A DNA stretch of 64,000 nt, from the NCBI RefSeq assembly GCF_001194135.2, contig NC_068994.1:17854558-17918557 (forward strand), written 5' to 3'. Within the stretch, counting starts at the first letter, position 1. The number at the start of each line of letters is the position of its first letter. Under the pieces are notes generated by a model. That model was given only the letters and a program-made list of their open reading frames with translations. It did no database searches and was not told where the DNA came from. Shown in pieces: positions 38,886-51,200 of this stretch. The stretch is from Octopus bimaculoides (Eukaryota). Made by a program: the position numbers and the translations under genes.

Positions 38886-39313
38886 TATTTATATATATAT
38901 ATATTCAAATATGAAACAAGCTGCACTGGCACTTTAAGAGAGTACTCTCCATACCAAATTGTAGCCTACCAGCAAATACATGATGCATATATGTGGTTGA
39001 TAATGTTTATTAGTCTAGCTCTGCTATTTCATATTTGGATTTATTCTTACATATATGTTGTCCAGGCATACTTGCACATAATTTGCATGCTATATGCATG
39101 GACTGGTGAAAAGATTCATTTCCGATCCTGTTTGTGGTGTGATGTTAAGCCACAAAAATGGCGAAATATTGATGTCCATCACTCCTGGTTGGGATTAGGG
39201 GTAAATTATCTCGCCTGTCTATGACTCTCAGGTGTTTTAACACCTGGTGCTTTGAGAGAGTACTCTCCACCATGCCAGTAAATACACAAGTCGTTAACAT
39301 TTATATATATATA

Positions 39314-39679
39314 GTGTTGTTGGCACTCCATCGCTTACAACGTCGAGGGTTCCAGTTGATCCGATCAACGGAACAGCCTGCTCGTTAAATTAACGTGCAA
39401 GTGGCTGAGCACTCCACAGACACGTGTACCCTTAACGTAGTTCTCAGGGATATTCAATGTGACAAGGCTGACACTTTGAATTACAGGTACAACAGAAACA
39501 GGAAGTAAGAGTGAGAGAAAGTTGTGGTGAAAGAGTACAGCAGGGTTCACCACCATCCCCTGCTGGAGCTTTAGGTATTTTCGCTCAATAAACACTCACA
39601 ACGCCCGGTCTGGGAATCGAAACCGTGATCCTATGACAGCGAGTCCGCTGCTCTAACCACTGGGCCATTGCGCCTCCAC
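39314..39679 (-). mobile_element. SINE family C, full length
   Basis: Same head and body as 55513-55895. Confidence 0.85.
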
Positions 39680-39859
39680 ATATATATAGTGTATAGATGT
39701 AATTAAATGTAGATATTTTATTTTAAATGAAAACATAGTTGAAAGTGCTGATGATTCATATTTGTAGAGTAAGTATATATTAAAACAAAGGCTGAAAAAT
39801 TTGGTATTATTTTTAATTCCTTGTTATATGTGTTTCATTGAAACACTTAAGAAAAACTG

Positions 39860-40610
39860 GGGGTCAGTGTAATCAACAAGTCCCTTCCAACCAAATTTAA
39901 GGTCATGTGCCTATAGTAGAAAGGATTATTATTATTATTAAGGTGGTGAGCTGGCTGAATCATTAGCACACCAGTTGAAATGCTAAGCAGTATTTCGCCT
40001 GTTGCTATGTTCTGAGTTCAAATTCCGCTGAGGTCAACTTTGCCTTTCATCTTTTCAGGGTTGATGAAATAAGTACCAGTTATGCACTGAGGTCGACGTA
40101 ATTGACTAGCCCCGTTCGCCCCAAAATTTTCAAGGCCTTGTGCCTAGAGTAGAAATAATTATCATTATTAAAAAGGCAGTGAGCTAGCAGAATCGTTAGT
40201 AAGCTGGGCAAAATGTTTAGTGGCATCTCGTCCCTGTTTACATTCTGAGTTCAAATTCCGCTGAAGTCATCTTTGCCATTCATCCTTTTGGGGATCGATA
40301 AATTAAGTACCAGTGAAACACTGGGGCTGATGTAATCAACTAGGCCCCTCCCCTAAAATTCCAGGCTTTATGCCTTTAGTAGAAAGGATTATTATTATTA
40401 TTACAACAGGAAGCTGGCAGAATCCTTAGCATGCTGGGTGAAATGCTTAGTGGTATTTGGTCTGTTGCTATGTTCTGAGTTCAAATTCTGCTGAGGTCAA
40501 CTTTGCTTTTCATCCTCTTGGAGTTGATAAAATAAGTATCAATCAATGTGATCAACTGTTCCACACCCCACAAATTCCAGGTCTTGCGCCTATAGCAGAA
40601 AGGATTCTTA
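39860..40610 (+). repeat. head-to-tail array of 3-4 SINE D units joined by (ATT)n tails
   Basis: GAGCTGGCAGAAT..TTCTGAGTTCAAATTC..AAGTACCAG..GAAAGGATTATTATT recurs about every 230 bp. Confidence 0.8.
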
Positions 40611-41544
40611 TGAATATCATAAATATAATAAATAATAATAGTTGCATATTATCTTTGAATCTTTGTATGAAGAGTTAGTTTAGATCTATATGTTCTCTAC
40701 ATGCATATAACTACTGTGAATTTATATTATTATTAATAACAATATTTATATTCATGTATTTCCTATACTATAATGAAATACATGTAACAAAGAATTAAAA
40801 ATATATTAAATTCACCAGTTTTTTCTCTTATATATGTGTGTGTATATATGGAATAGGGACTCTTGTTGATCATAATATATGATATATATATAATCACACA
40901 CACAAACACATATGTATATATACAAGGCTTCTTTCAGTTTCCATCCACCAAATCTACTCATGATGCTTTGGTTGGTATAAGGCTATAGTAGAATATACTT
41001 GTCAAGGTTATATATATATATTTGTGTGTGTCTCCTTGTCTTGATATCACATAATAGTTATATGCATCACTGTCATACAAGCAGTGACTTTTATTTCCAG
41101 TCTTCCATGAAAACATGTCTGGTCATGAGGAAATATTACCTTACTTGGAAACAGGTCAAGGTTTGCAACAGGAAGGGTATCTAGCTATAGAAAATTTGTC
41201 TCAATGAATTCCATCTGATCAATGCAACCATGAAAATATGAACAACAAATGATGATGATAGTTTATTGGTCCAGTGGACTCTTGTTACTCCGGAATTTCT
41301 ATGATATGAAGCTGCTTCTCCAAACAAACCAAACTGGGTCTTGAGTCCAGAAGTGATTGCATGCCATTGAAACTCTTCAGTAGTGGTTCTCAACAGGGTC
41401 CATATGGCCATTGTGGTTCCATATAAGAATTTGTTGTTAAAATTTACGTGCAATAAATTTCTCATACTTCTAGAATACAGAAAATATTTTTATTTTTTAA
41501 TAAAATTCCTAATATTCAATTAAAAAAATATTCAAGACTCCCTT

Positions 41545-41850
41545 TGGTCATGAATGACCATGGGATTGCACCTTCAAAGTTACCCTCCGAGGTACAAGTC
41601 TGGGCAATGTTGTTTATGGAAGACCAGCAGTTGCCCATGCATTCCAGCCTCTCCTCTCGATGCCACCGATGTTATCCAAGAGAAAGGTAAAGGCCGATAC
41701 AGTTTGGCACCAATGATGTTGCAACTCATTTCTACAGCTGAGTGAACTGAAGCAATGTGAAATAAAGTGTCTTGCTCAAGAACACAACACACAGCCCAAT
41801 CCAGGAATCAAACTCACAACCTCATGATTTTAAGCTTGACGCTCTAACCA
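41545..41850 (-). mobile_element. tRNA-headed SINE family E
   Basis: Minus-strand head GGTTCAGTGGTTAGAGCG...TTGTGTTCTTGAGCAAGACACTTTATTTCAC; a related head lies at 61238-61380 (+). Confidence 0.6.
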
Positions 41851-42007
41851 CTGAACCATGCAACTTCATATAAAAATTATAAAAATATAATAGGATTATT
41901 TTAAGCATTGAATGGTTATGAGGGTGCAACTGAGTTAAATAGGAACCAAGGTAAAAAAATGGTTGAAAATCACTGCTAAAAAATGGTTGAAAATCACTGT
42001 TTTAGAG

Positions 42008-42188
42008 CAGTGCTCCACAACCATTTTTCACTTGTACACATATTCTTTTCGAAATTCAGCGGCACACCTGAACTAAAAATATAACTATAAGTATAGGGGA
42101 AAAAATTATATTCAGGTTACGCTCTGGCACACCTAGCATTGTCTCATGGCACACCAGTGTGCCGCAACATACTGGTTGCAGAGCACTG
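42008..42188. mobile_element. hAT-type MITE, same family as 2959-3116
   Basis: CAGTGCTCCACAACC / GGTTGCAGAGCACTG TIRs; flanks ttttagag / ctctagaa. Confidence 0.75.
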
Positions 42189-42699
42189 CTCTAGAATAGC
42201 TAGTTACTGGATTAGCCTGAATAAATTATTCTACTGGCTTGTAAAGCAGACATAAAATGATAATGATAGTAATGATATTCACAGTTCATGAACAAGCAAC
42301 AGCCATTGCTCATACTGGTTATCAGATCTTAAGAATGTACTCTCACATGATAGATATGATGACTCTATTGTAGGCATGTTTTGTGTACATCAACTGCTGT
42401 CATTTATTTGTATTCTCAGCCTGTATACCAATGTGTTTAAGGCTGTAGAGCTCTTCACATACTGCGCTGAATCACTTCCTTTGTATAGTTGATGCCATGC
42501 AATGTTAGAATGGCATATTGCATTGAGCAATGCTTATCTGTTGCTGCTTGCATTAACATGCTTTTCACAGCTGCATATGCATCTCACAGTTTTTAGTTAA
42601 TCCACACCTTATGCCTGAATAAGATGAGCAAGTCTGAAGTTGAGTCAATTTCCATTATATATATATAGACCCGTGCTGATATTCATAGCTTTGTGTGCT

Positions 42700-43560
42700 G
42701 TGTCAGGCTATATGCACTATTCTACAACACTCCACCAGCATCTAACAAAGAGGACTACTTCACCAACCTGGGCCACCGACCATCCCACTGGACGCCAGTT
42801 CCAAGCAGTCAATCATTTTGTGGGCAGCTGCCAGCTTGTTGTGGACCGGTTTAACTTTCGCAGGCATCCCTGACATCTCAACATCTCTCCAGCTGAACTT
42901 TTGGCCCTTCAATGCCTCTGATACCACAAAGACATTATCATAAAACTGGCCAACAAGGGTGGAGCTGTGGTGGTGTGGTGCACAGGCCTCTGCAAGGCTG
43001 ATTCTCTCTGCCAACTTCAAGACACCGCCTTCTCAACTCGTGGCTCACCACTTCATCCTTCGTGAATATTCCCTCACCACTATCCATACCGCCCTTGCCG
43101 GAGTACGTTCCATGGACCATGCCTCTGCTCTCTCTCCTCACACCCACCCTGCCGTTGCCTGTCTCCTATTCCCCCCCAACTATCACACCTCCACCCTGCT
43201 CCTCCAATGTACCATTCTCTGAGCCTTCAGGCAACTCCAGTCCGTTTTGCACATCTTCCCCAACCTATCCCTTCCCTCCTTCTAATGAACCCACAACCTA
43301 CGTGACCGCCTGATTCACAGTTTCTTCTTTAACCCTACCTCCCAACTTGGCTCATTCCCTTGCTCCTGCCTATGCTGCTGCACTTATCTACCTCATCAAC
43401 ACCACCTTCCTCACAGGCACCCATCATCGTCCCTATCATATCACTAATTCCTTTACCTGCACTTATAGCTATGTCATTTACTGCATCGCCTGCTCTTTCT
43501 GCCCTTCTCTGTACATCGGTCAAACGGGATACTGCTTGGCTGACCGGTTTGCAGACAGAT
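42700..43560 (+). mobile_element. Penelope-like retroelement relic, internally deleted (RT N-terminus joined to GIY-YIG)
   Basis: IIKLANKGGAVVVW near 42935-42980 and FTCTYSYVIYCIACSFCPSLYIGQTG..LADRFA at about 43450-43555. Confidence 0.85.
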
Positions 43561-44249
43561 ATGTGGTAAGGCAAAGGAATTGAAAATGCCCTGTAGGACT
43601 GGAGACGAAAGAAGGACAGACAGGAAGTCAGAATGAAGACAGAAGTAAAGTATTAGGGAGAGCAAGAGAGTGGGAGGGAGGCAAAAGTGATGCATAGAAA
43701 GAGACGTCGCACAAAAAATATTCCAAGAATATTTTACAAATGAATAAAAAAAAAATCACAAGTGTGTAGCGTTACATAAATATATTTTTGAAATTTAACA
43801 AAAACACAACAAACAGGAAAATTTTACAAAAACATAACAAATAGAAAATTCGTAACTTATTCCTCATCAGTCAACGTCTAAAAGATCATCCCAATTTCGG
43901 GCCATAAATGTTGATATTATTCACTTTTGGTGGCATCAATGGTGAAAAGCCACTGGGAGTAGCTAATAAATGTACAGTACAGTGACGGGGATATATGAAT
44001 ATATAAAATTCCAGGCAATTCATTAAAATAGTGTGAAGCTTATTCCATCTGCACATGTCTCTCGATCGACAAACATTATTGCTAACGATTAAAACGAAAC
44101 TTAGATTAAACTTGTAACATTCCGATACATTAAAGAAAATTTCCCAGCATTTTAACACGTGACTTAACAGTTGTCATTTATAAATATTATTTTTTGTAAT
44201 AAGAACGTGGGCAGTTATGTTAATGTGTAAGTTACTAATTACATTTCGG

Positions 44250-44416
44250 TAAAATTTACCACTCCAAAACCAATGACAATACTATAAAACAAAAATACAG
44301 TTTAACTCCAATAGTTCTGCTAACATTTTCGCGGTAACGTTGCACTTTGAAACAATTCGGTAATTTCCGTTGTCAAATTGTCATTTGACGGTCTTTCTTG
44401 GTGCGGGAATTTTTAC
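44250..44416 (+). promoter_or_regulatory. candidate promoter/5' UTR of copy 2 with E2F-like and CHR-like motifs
   Basis: CpG-richer than the flanks; TTTCGCGG at 44327-44334, TTTGAA at 44346-44351, GCGGGAA at 44403-44409. Confidence 0.35.
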
Positions 44417-44457
44417 ATGATGTCAAAGAAACCTTACTTCACCGATGGAATTCCCAG
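44417..44457 (+). CDS. copy 2 candidate first coding exon [13 protein letters not shown] (ends phase 2)
   Basis: ATG in a locally CpG-richer segment, strong AG|gtacgt donor, phase fits 49808. No homolog in the window to confirm it. Confidence 0.55.
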
Positions 44458-45233
44458 GTACGTTTTATTATATATTTATTAAAGCAATACCAATAAATGG
44501 ATGAATTTCTTCCTTTTATCAGTTTCAATTTTTACAAAAGGAATATGTAGTGGACATAAAATATTTCAATCTGTTTATTAATACAAAATTGTTTTGATAG
44601 ATTAAAAGGACTGATTAAACTCACTTAACTTGCTTCTGAACTCGTTTACAATACGTACGTAAGATATTAATAATTGAACAGATTTATAATGTTAAGAGTG
44701 CAGCTTCAGAAAATTATCTGTGAATATATTCTACAACGAAACGATAATTTGTCTCTGACCTTTTTTTTTGCTTTAATTCTTTGTTCCACGGCCTTAATTG
44801 GCATACATTTACAAGATTTTGCTTCCTCATGACGTTCAGAAAATGGATGTTTTTGATATATTTTTGAGAGGTATTTATATAATATGGATATTAAAAGAAT
44901 ATCCATTTCCCCAGAAGTTATGAGGAAACAAAGTAAAAAAAGTGGCACACTTGTGTAAGCATGTCCCTTGCTTTATGCTTATCTAAAAGCATTCACTGAC
45001 ATAAACCGAATTAATGTTGTCTCAAATATTTATCATTAAAAAAAAAAACCTGACTTGAATATCCAACATATAAACTTATTCGTCTATAAAGCTTTGAATT
45101 TGTTCAAGTTATTATATGGATGACAAGCTCGGCGATTTTCTACTGAAACTTAGTAAAGTAGCTTGTTTTAAAATTTTTTATTTAGAAAAATAATAAAACT
45201 TCGTTAATATTTTTCAATGAATTAGAAGTATTT

Positions 45234-45264
<31 letters not shown>

Positions 45265-48200
45265 GTATAAATAATTTCTACCTTAGAAGCATTCCAAAAT
45301 ATTTTTTTCACCTAAAACTTCAAAATTATTCATGTAATTAAAAGGAGCACTTGTTCGTTTCAAAGGCCTTACGAAAGTAATAGTATTTATCTTGTCTGAG
45401 GTTAGTGTTTTTCGGGTCAGAGTGATTTTCTTTGGGAAAAAAACAAAAATGGGCAAAAATTGAAACTATTTCCATTGGCCAAAAGTTGAATGCAATGGAG
45501 GGTATAATTTTATACAAAATTGTGTGTTGTGGTCAACATTGAAATACGCTTGGGTAATTAATAGCCATGCTTTACCTATGTCAATTAGGAATATAATCAA
45601 TATATTTTATAGGTCTATCTTCAATAATGACAGCTTTACACTAAAAGCGTTGTAAGGATCACTATTTTTTATTTAGTGCGTTTTCTACCGAAACACTTTA
45701 AAACTTCGTATACTTGTATATTTTGTCTTATAGAACAGAAAAATTTTTATATTCGAAGTTATTTCATGTTAAAAGTTGTCATATTTCGGTAATTTCAACC
45801 AATCATTGACGTCTATTGAGGTGAGAACAATTACTGCTGTGGATTGTCAACAAGACGTTGTGGCGGTGTAATGGGATCTTTTTCCTTGAATAAAATTAGT
45901 GCCGTTGTTTGTCAACAACAACTATCTGCGGTACTGTTATTTATGACATCGTTCATGCGTTTGTACTAGTTTTAGCTTTAGGGTGTTAGGGTTCGGGTTT
46001 TAAGGTTAGGGTTATGAGAATTTTTGCCAAATTTGGTGAAAATCTGTTCAATACACCGCCACAAATTTTTCACCAAATTTGGCAAAAATATTCATAACCC
46101 TAACTCTAACCCTAAAAACCCTAACTCTAACTCTAAAACCCGAACCCTAACTCTAAAACCTGAACCCTAACCCTAAAAGCCTAAAGCTAAAACCAGTAAA
46201 ACGCACGAACGATGTCATAAATAACAGTACCACCGATAGTTGTTGTTGACAAACAACGACACTAATTTTATTCAAGGGAAAAGATCCCATTACACCGCCA
46301 CAACGTCTTGTTGACAATCCACAGCAGTGATTGTTTTTACCTCAATAGACGTCAGTGATTGGTTGAAATTACCGAAATATGACAATTTTAACATGAAATA
46401 ACTTTAAAAATATAAACTTTTCTCAACAACACTAAGAGTAAAAGATGTTTTATATGACACATTCTACCAGTGTCCCAAGTTTGAAAGTGTTTTGTTAAGA
46501 AAACAAATGGTGTCCGCCAAATCAGAAAGATCCTGTTGTAATATTTAGCTTGGACGCNNNNNNNNNNNNNNNNNNNNNNNNNNNNNNNNNNNNNNNNNNN
46601 NNNNNNNNNNNNNNNNNNNNNNNNNNNNNNNNNNNNNNNNNNNNNNNNNNNNNNNNNNNNNNNNNNNNNNNNNNNNNNNNNNNNNNNNNNNNNNNNNNNN
46701 NNNNNNNNNNNNNNNNNNNNNNNNNNNNNNNNNNNNNNNNNNNNNNNNNNNNNNNNNNNNNNNNNNNNNNNNNNNNNNNNNNNNNNNNNNNNNNNNNNNN
46801 NNNNNNNNNNNNNNNNNNNNNNNNNNNNNNNNNNNNNNNNNNNNNNNNNNNNNNNNNNNNNNNNNNNNNNNNNNNNNNNNNNNNAAATTAGTGCAATAGG
46901 AGTAAAACAACATGTAGTAAACGAATATGAAAAAAATGCACGCTGGCGAACGGGGGGTGGGATGAGAGGACTTGGAACATTCCCGATGTGAATTTTCCGA
47001 GTCCTCTCCCCCGTTCGCCAGTATGCATTTTTTTTCATATTCGTTTACTACATGTTGTTTTACACCTATTGTACTTTTTTTTTTCATTTTTGTGACTGGG
47101 TGTTAACGTTGAGTTTTCGGATCGTGTGACTTTTCCGAATCCTTGATATGATCTGGTAACTTGTGGGAATTTCTTGGCTTGGTGAATTTCTACCGGAGAT
47201 TTTTAACCCACTGTGCAGAGATGTTTTTTGTTGATATAGAAAAATGTTTTTTATATACAAAATGTTCTTTGTTTTGTTTTGGTTTCTTTGTGGGTGATGC
47301 AGAGTTACTTGAGTTATGTATGTGTAAATTGTTCATAACCATAAAAAAAAAAAGCAATTTGTTTTTATTTGTTCATGTGGACATTGTGGACTTTTCAATT
47401 GAGAAAATGGGTAGGTGAAGAGTTTGTACTTACTTGGAAAACTTGAACAAATCTTGCGGGCAATCAAACTGTTCTTCCCGATTTGGTGTGCAGTACAAAC
47501 TCTTCATTTACCCGTTTTCTCAATTGAAATGTTCACAATATCCACATCAACAAATAAAAAACAAATTGTATTTTTCTTATGGTTATGAACAATTGCCACA
47601 TGTACATAACCCAAGTGAGTCTGTATCATCTGCATACAACACAAAACGAAAAGAACATTTTGTATAAAAAAAAGCCCATTTTTCTCTATCAATGAAAAAC
47701 ATTTTTTATGCACATTATTCTGCTAATTGAACTGACTGAACATTAACTTTTTGCATGAACATTTTCATTTTCATGTAAATTTACATTTTCGTGCATGCAC
47801 ATATGTTTTGCTTTGTTTTAAAAAAATGTTTTCCTCTCTACCTCATACCTGTATGCTGACACACACTTGCACCACTCATATTTTAATGTGTGCTATCACT
47901 TGCTCTCTGTGCAACTGCAATCAATAGAGTTGCACATCTCTTTCAATGCACCAGCATATTACATTTATGCTTCTGCCTAGGCATATACACATCACCTTAT
48001 ATTGCATATACCAACTCTGAACGTTGATTCTTTGCTTTATATTTTTCATTTTTCATTTCTTTCACTTCCTATGTTTTTGACATGTATTCATTTGTTTGTA
48101 AATGGCACTGTCTCTATTTTTCTGCATTACACACAATATTACATGCATCTGTATCGTTCGATCTCTGTGGCTTTCTCACTAGAAGGGCAGGTAGTGTAAA

Positions 48201-51200
48201 AGGTAAGACTTCCTTTTTCCAAGCTGAGATTTGAAACCGAATCTAAGGATTCTCACTCGTCTGATCCACCACTGGCCAAACAAGCATGAAAGAAATTTCT
48301 TTGTCTTGTCAAAAAGTGATGGATGGATTTCCCTTCAATCTACGACCTGAGCTGTGTCATTTAAGGTTCAAGTGGAGAGGAAGCAACCTACATATGTAGA
48401 AATTACTCCTGTCTATGCAGTGGAAACACCCCTCCTCACCTGCTCCAAAGAAGGCCAGGGTCATTTCATTTGCAGGGAAGGTGATAGCCTATGTTTTTTG
48501 GGATGCAAAAGGCATTGTGTTTATTGACTATCTTCAAAAGGGCCACACCATCAATGGAGAGTACTATACCAACTTGCTGAGGCAGTTGTGAAAAGCTATT
48601 AAGACCAAATGCACATGAAAACTGACAGAAGGGATCTTGTTTCATCAGGACAATGCTCCAGCACACAAGTCCTTGATTTCAATGGCTGTTATGTGTGACT
48701 GTAGCTTTGAACTGGTTGATCATCCTCCTTATTCTCCTGATTTGGTCCCATCTGATTATCATTTGTTCCTCAACATGAAAAAACACTTGGCTGGGGACCA
48801 GTATTGCAGTGATAATGATGTCATATCTGCTGTTGATGACGTTTTTGACCAACTCAATGAAAGCTTCTTCACCAATGGGATCCAAGCACTGCAACACTGA
48901 TAGAAGAAGTGTGTGAACCTCAAAGGTGACTATGTTGAAAAATTAGCCTCATTTGGTCACATTCCATGAGAGTATCTTGGTTAGCCTATGAACTTTTCAT
49001 CTGACCCTTGTAAGGCTGCAAATTCTTTTATTCATGAATACTGGAATTCTAAGACTATTAGAAAGACCATATTCTTCACTTATTTTCTTATTTGGCTATT
49101 TGCTTTGGCAGAAGGTACAGTTAGGCACCAATGGAAGAATAGATCCTGAAATGCAAGTGGGGATGGATAGGTCATACCTTAAGGATACTGATATCCTGCA
49201 TTACATGTCTGGCTCTGACCTGGAACCCACAAGGGAGGCAGGAGAGAGGATGCCCTAAAAATAGTTGGAAGTGGGATACTGAGACAGCTGAAAAAGCAGG
49301 GATCCATCTGGTCAGAAGTAGAGAAGACAATTCAGAGTCAAGAACAATGGAGAAAAGTCATTGATGGCCTATGCTTCACAGGGAGTGAAGATGCTTGAGA
49401 TCAAGATATTCTGTATTATTGGCAGAATCAACTGAAGTTGGACAAATGCTTTGGATATTTATTCTGGTTGTTTGCATTTTGAGTTCATTTCCTATTGGTC
49501 CGCTTTGCTTTTCATTCTTCTGGATTTATAAAATAAAATTCCAAGCAAGCATTGGGGGTTGGTTGCCCTCCTCATTCTTAAAATTAGCTGCTCTGTGAGC
49601 AAAACTTTTTTTCCTCCAAGACAACAACTTTCACTCTAATGTAGTGGAAGAGTATAGTTACTAAGACTGTTGCAGAATATGGTTAATAAGTATGTTGGTA
49701 CATGGCAAATGTGATTATTTCAACACACTAAGACAATGCTAACCTTTGAAAGTAAATCATATTCATTGGCTACATGTATTTATTTTCAACTGTCTTGTAT
49801 CTATCAGCAAAATACATTTGGTGCAAGCATTAGTGAATCCAAAGGAATATAAGGATAGACGCCTCAGCCATGGAGCTATTCTACATATAGGTATGTATTG
49901 TTTTATACAATGTACTGACAAAAGATATACTTACATATATGGATCTTAATTTTGTAAAAAAATAAATTAACTGATGTTCTTTGTGGATGTTGATGTCAAC
50001 CTGTTACTTGAAAGTCCCTAACATGATGAAACTACATTACAATTATGATCCAATAATATTCTTTATAATTCATCTGTAACTTTCTGTTTTGCATTTCAAA
50101 TTTTCTATTAAAATTTGTCTAATTAAATGCATTTGTCTTTCTGTCTATATTGTGTTTCACACTCTAACCTCTCATTACCTAGCCCAAGGACACTTCCCCC
50201 AATACCCCCACTTCAAAGGATCTTTGTCTTGCAAGTTACTTGGTGACCCTGCTGCCATGTAAAAAACATCTAGTCCACACTGTAAAGTGGTTGGCATTTG
50301 GAAAGACATCCAGTTATAAAAACCATACCAAAACAGACAGTTGAGCCTGGTGCAGTCTTCTGGCTTGCCAGTTCCTGTCAAACCATCCAACCCAGGCTAG
50401 CATGGAAAATGGATGTTAATTAATGATGGTGATGTGCAAGACCATATGTTCACATATTTCTGCTTGTATTTGTTTATTTTATTGTGTATATATCATCATC
50501 ACTATCATTCTATGTCTGCTTTTCAGCCATAGAGATCATGTTGAAACAGACATTGGAGCAAGACGTGACCCTCTGACCTGTTGGATCCTGTCAGCCTATC
50601 CAACCCATATCAGCATAGAAAGCAAATATAAAATGATGATGATAAGGGTATATGATTTGCTTCCATACAGGTTCTGTCTACCAATACTACTCACAAGGCC
50701 TTACCATGTGTATACACACACACACACACACATATAAAAGCAGCATAGACAGTGTCAATATCAGGAGGTAATATTTATCATCCCTTAAATGTGGAAGTTC
50801 TGTTAGAGCATCCATCATTGATAAGACCAAGGACGGTTGAAATCACATGATCTGGTGGTCTCAGTGCTGGAGATGGCAGAGACTTATCTCCCTGGTAATG
50901 ATATAAACAAGAGTGCATTTTGCACCAAAAGCCGGTATGAGAATTTCTATCATGGTATCTACCACAGTATAGTTTGTTCTAACAGAACATCTACCACAGT
51001 ATAGTTGTAATAGAACATCCATGTTTAAGTAGGGATAGTTATATGTAGCAAAACCTCAGAGGTCACTAAATGGTAATGGTTATGTTTGATAATATTTGCA
51101 GCATTTAGTAGAGAAGTCCTGTTGTTCTTGATTCAGAAGTTTATCAAGTATAAAGATCAATGTGTAGTGATATGTTGCATTGGATAAATGAATGAAGAAC

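Noticed and set aside
43886-44158. Minus-strand ORFs near the copy 2 promoter (also 44706-44948) as a divergent gene
   Set aside because: No recognisable motifs, no convincing splice sites, and no downstream exons found.
45975-46185. Interstitial telomere or chromosome-fusion scar
   Set aside because: The repeats are short, degenerate and embedded in a dispersed element with another copy near 7140-7375.
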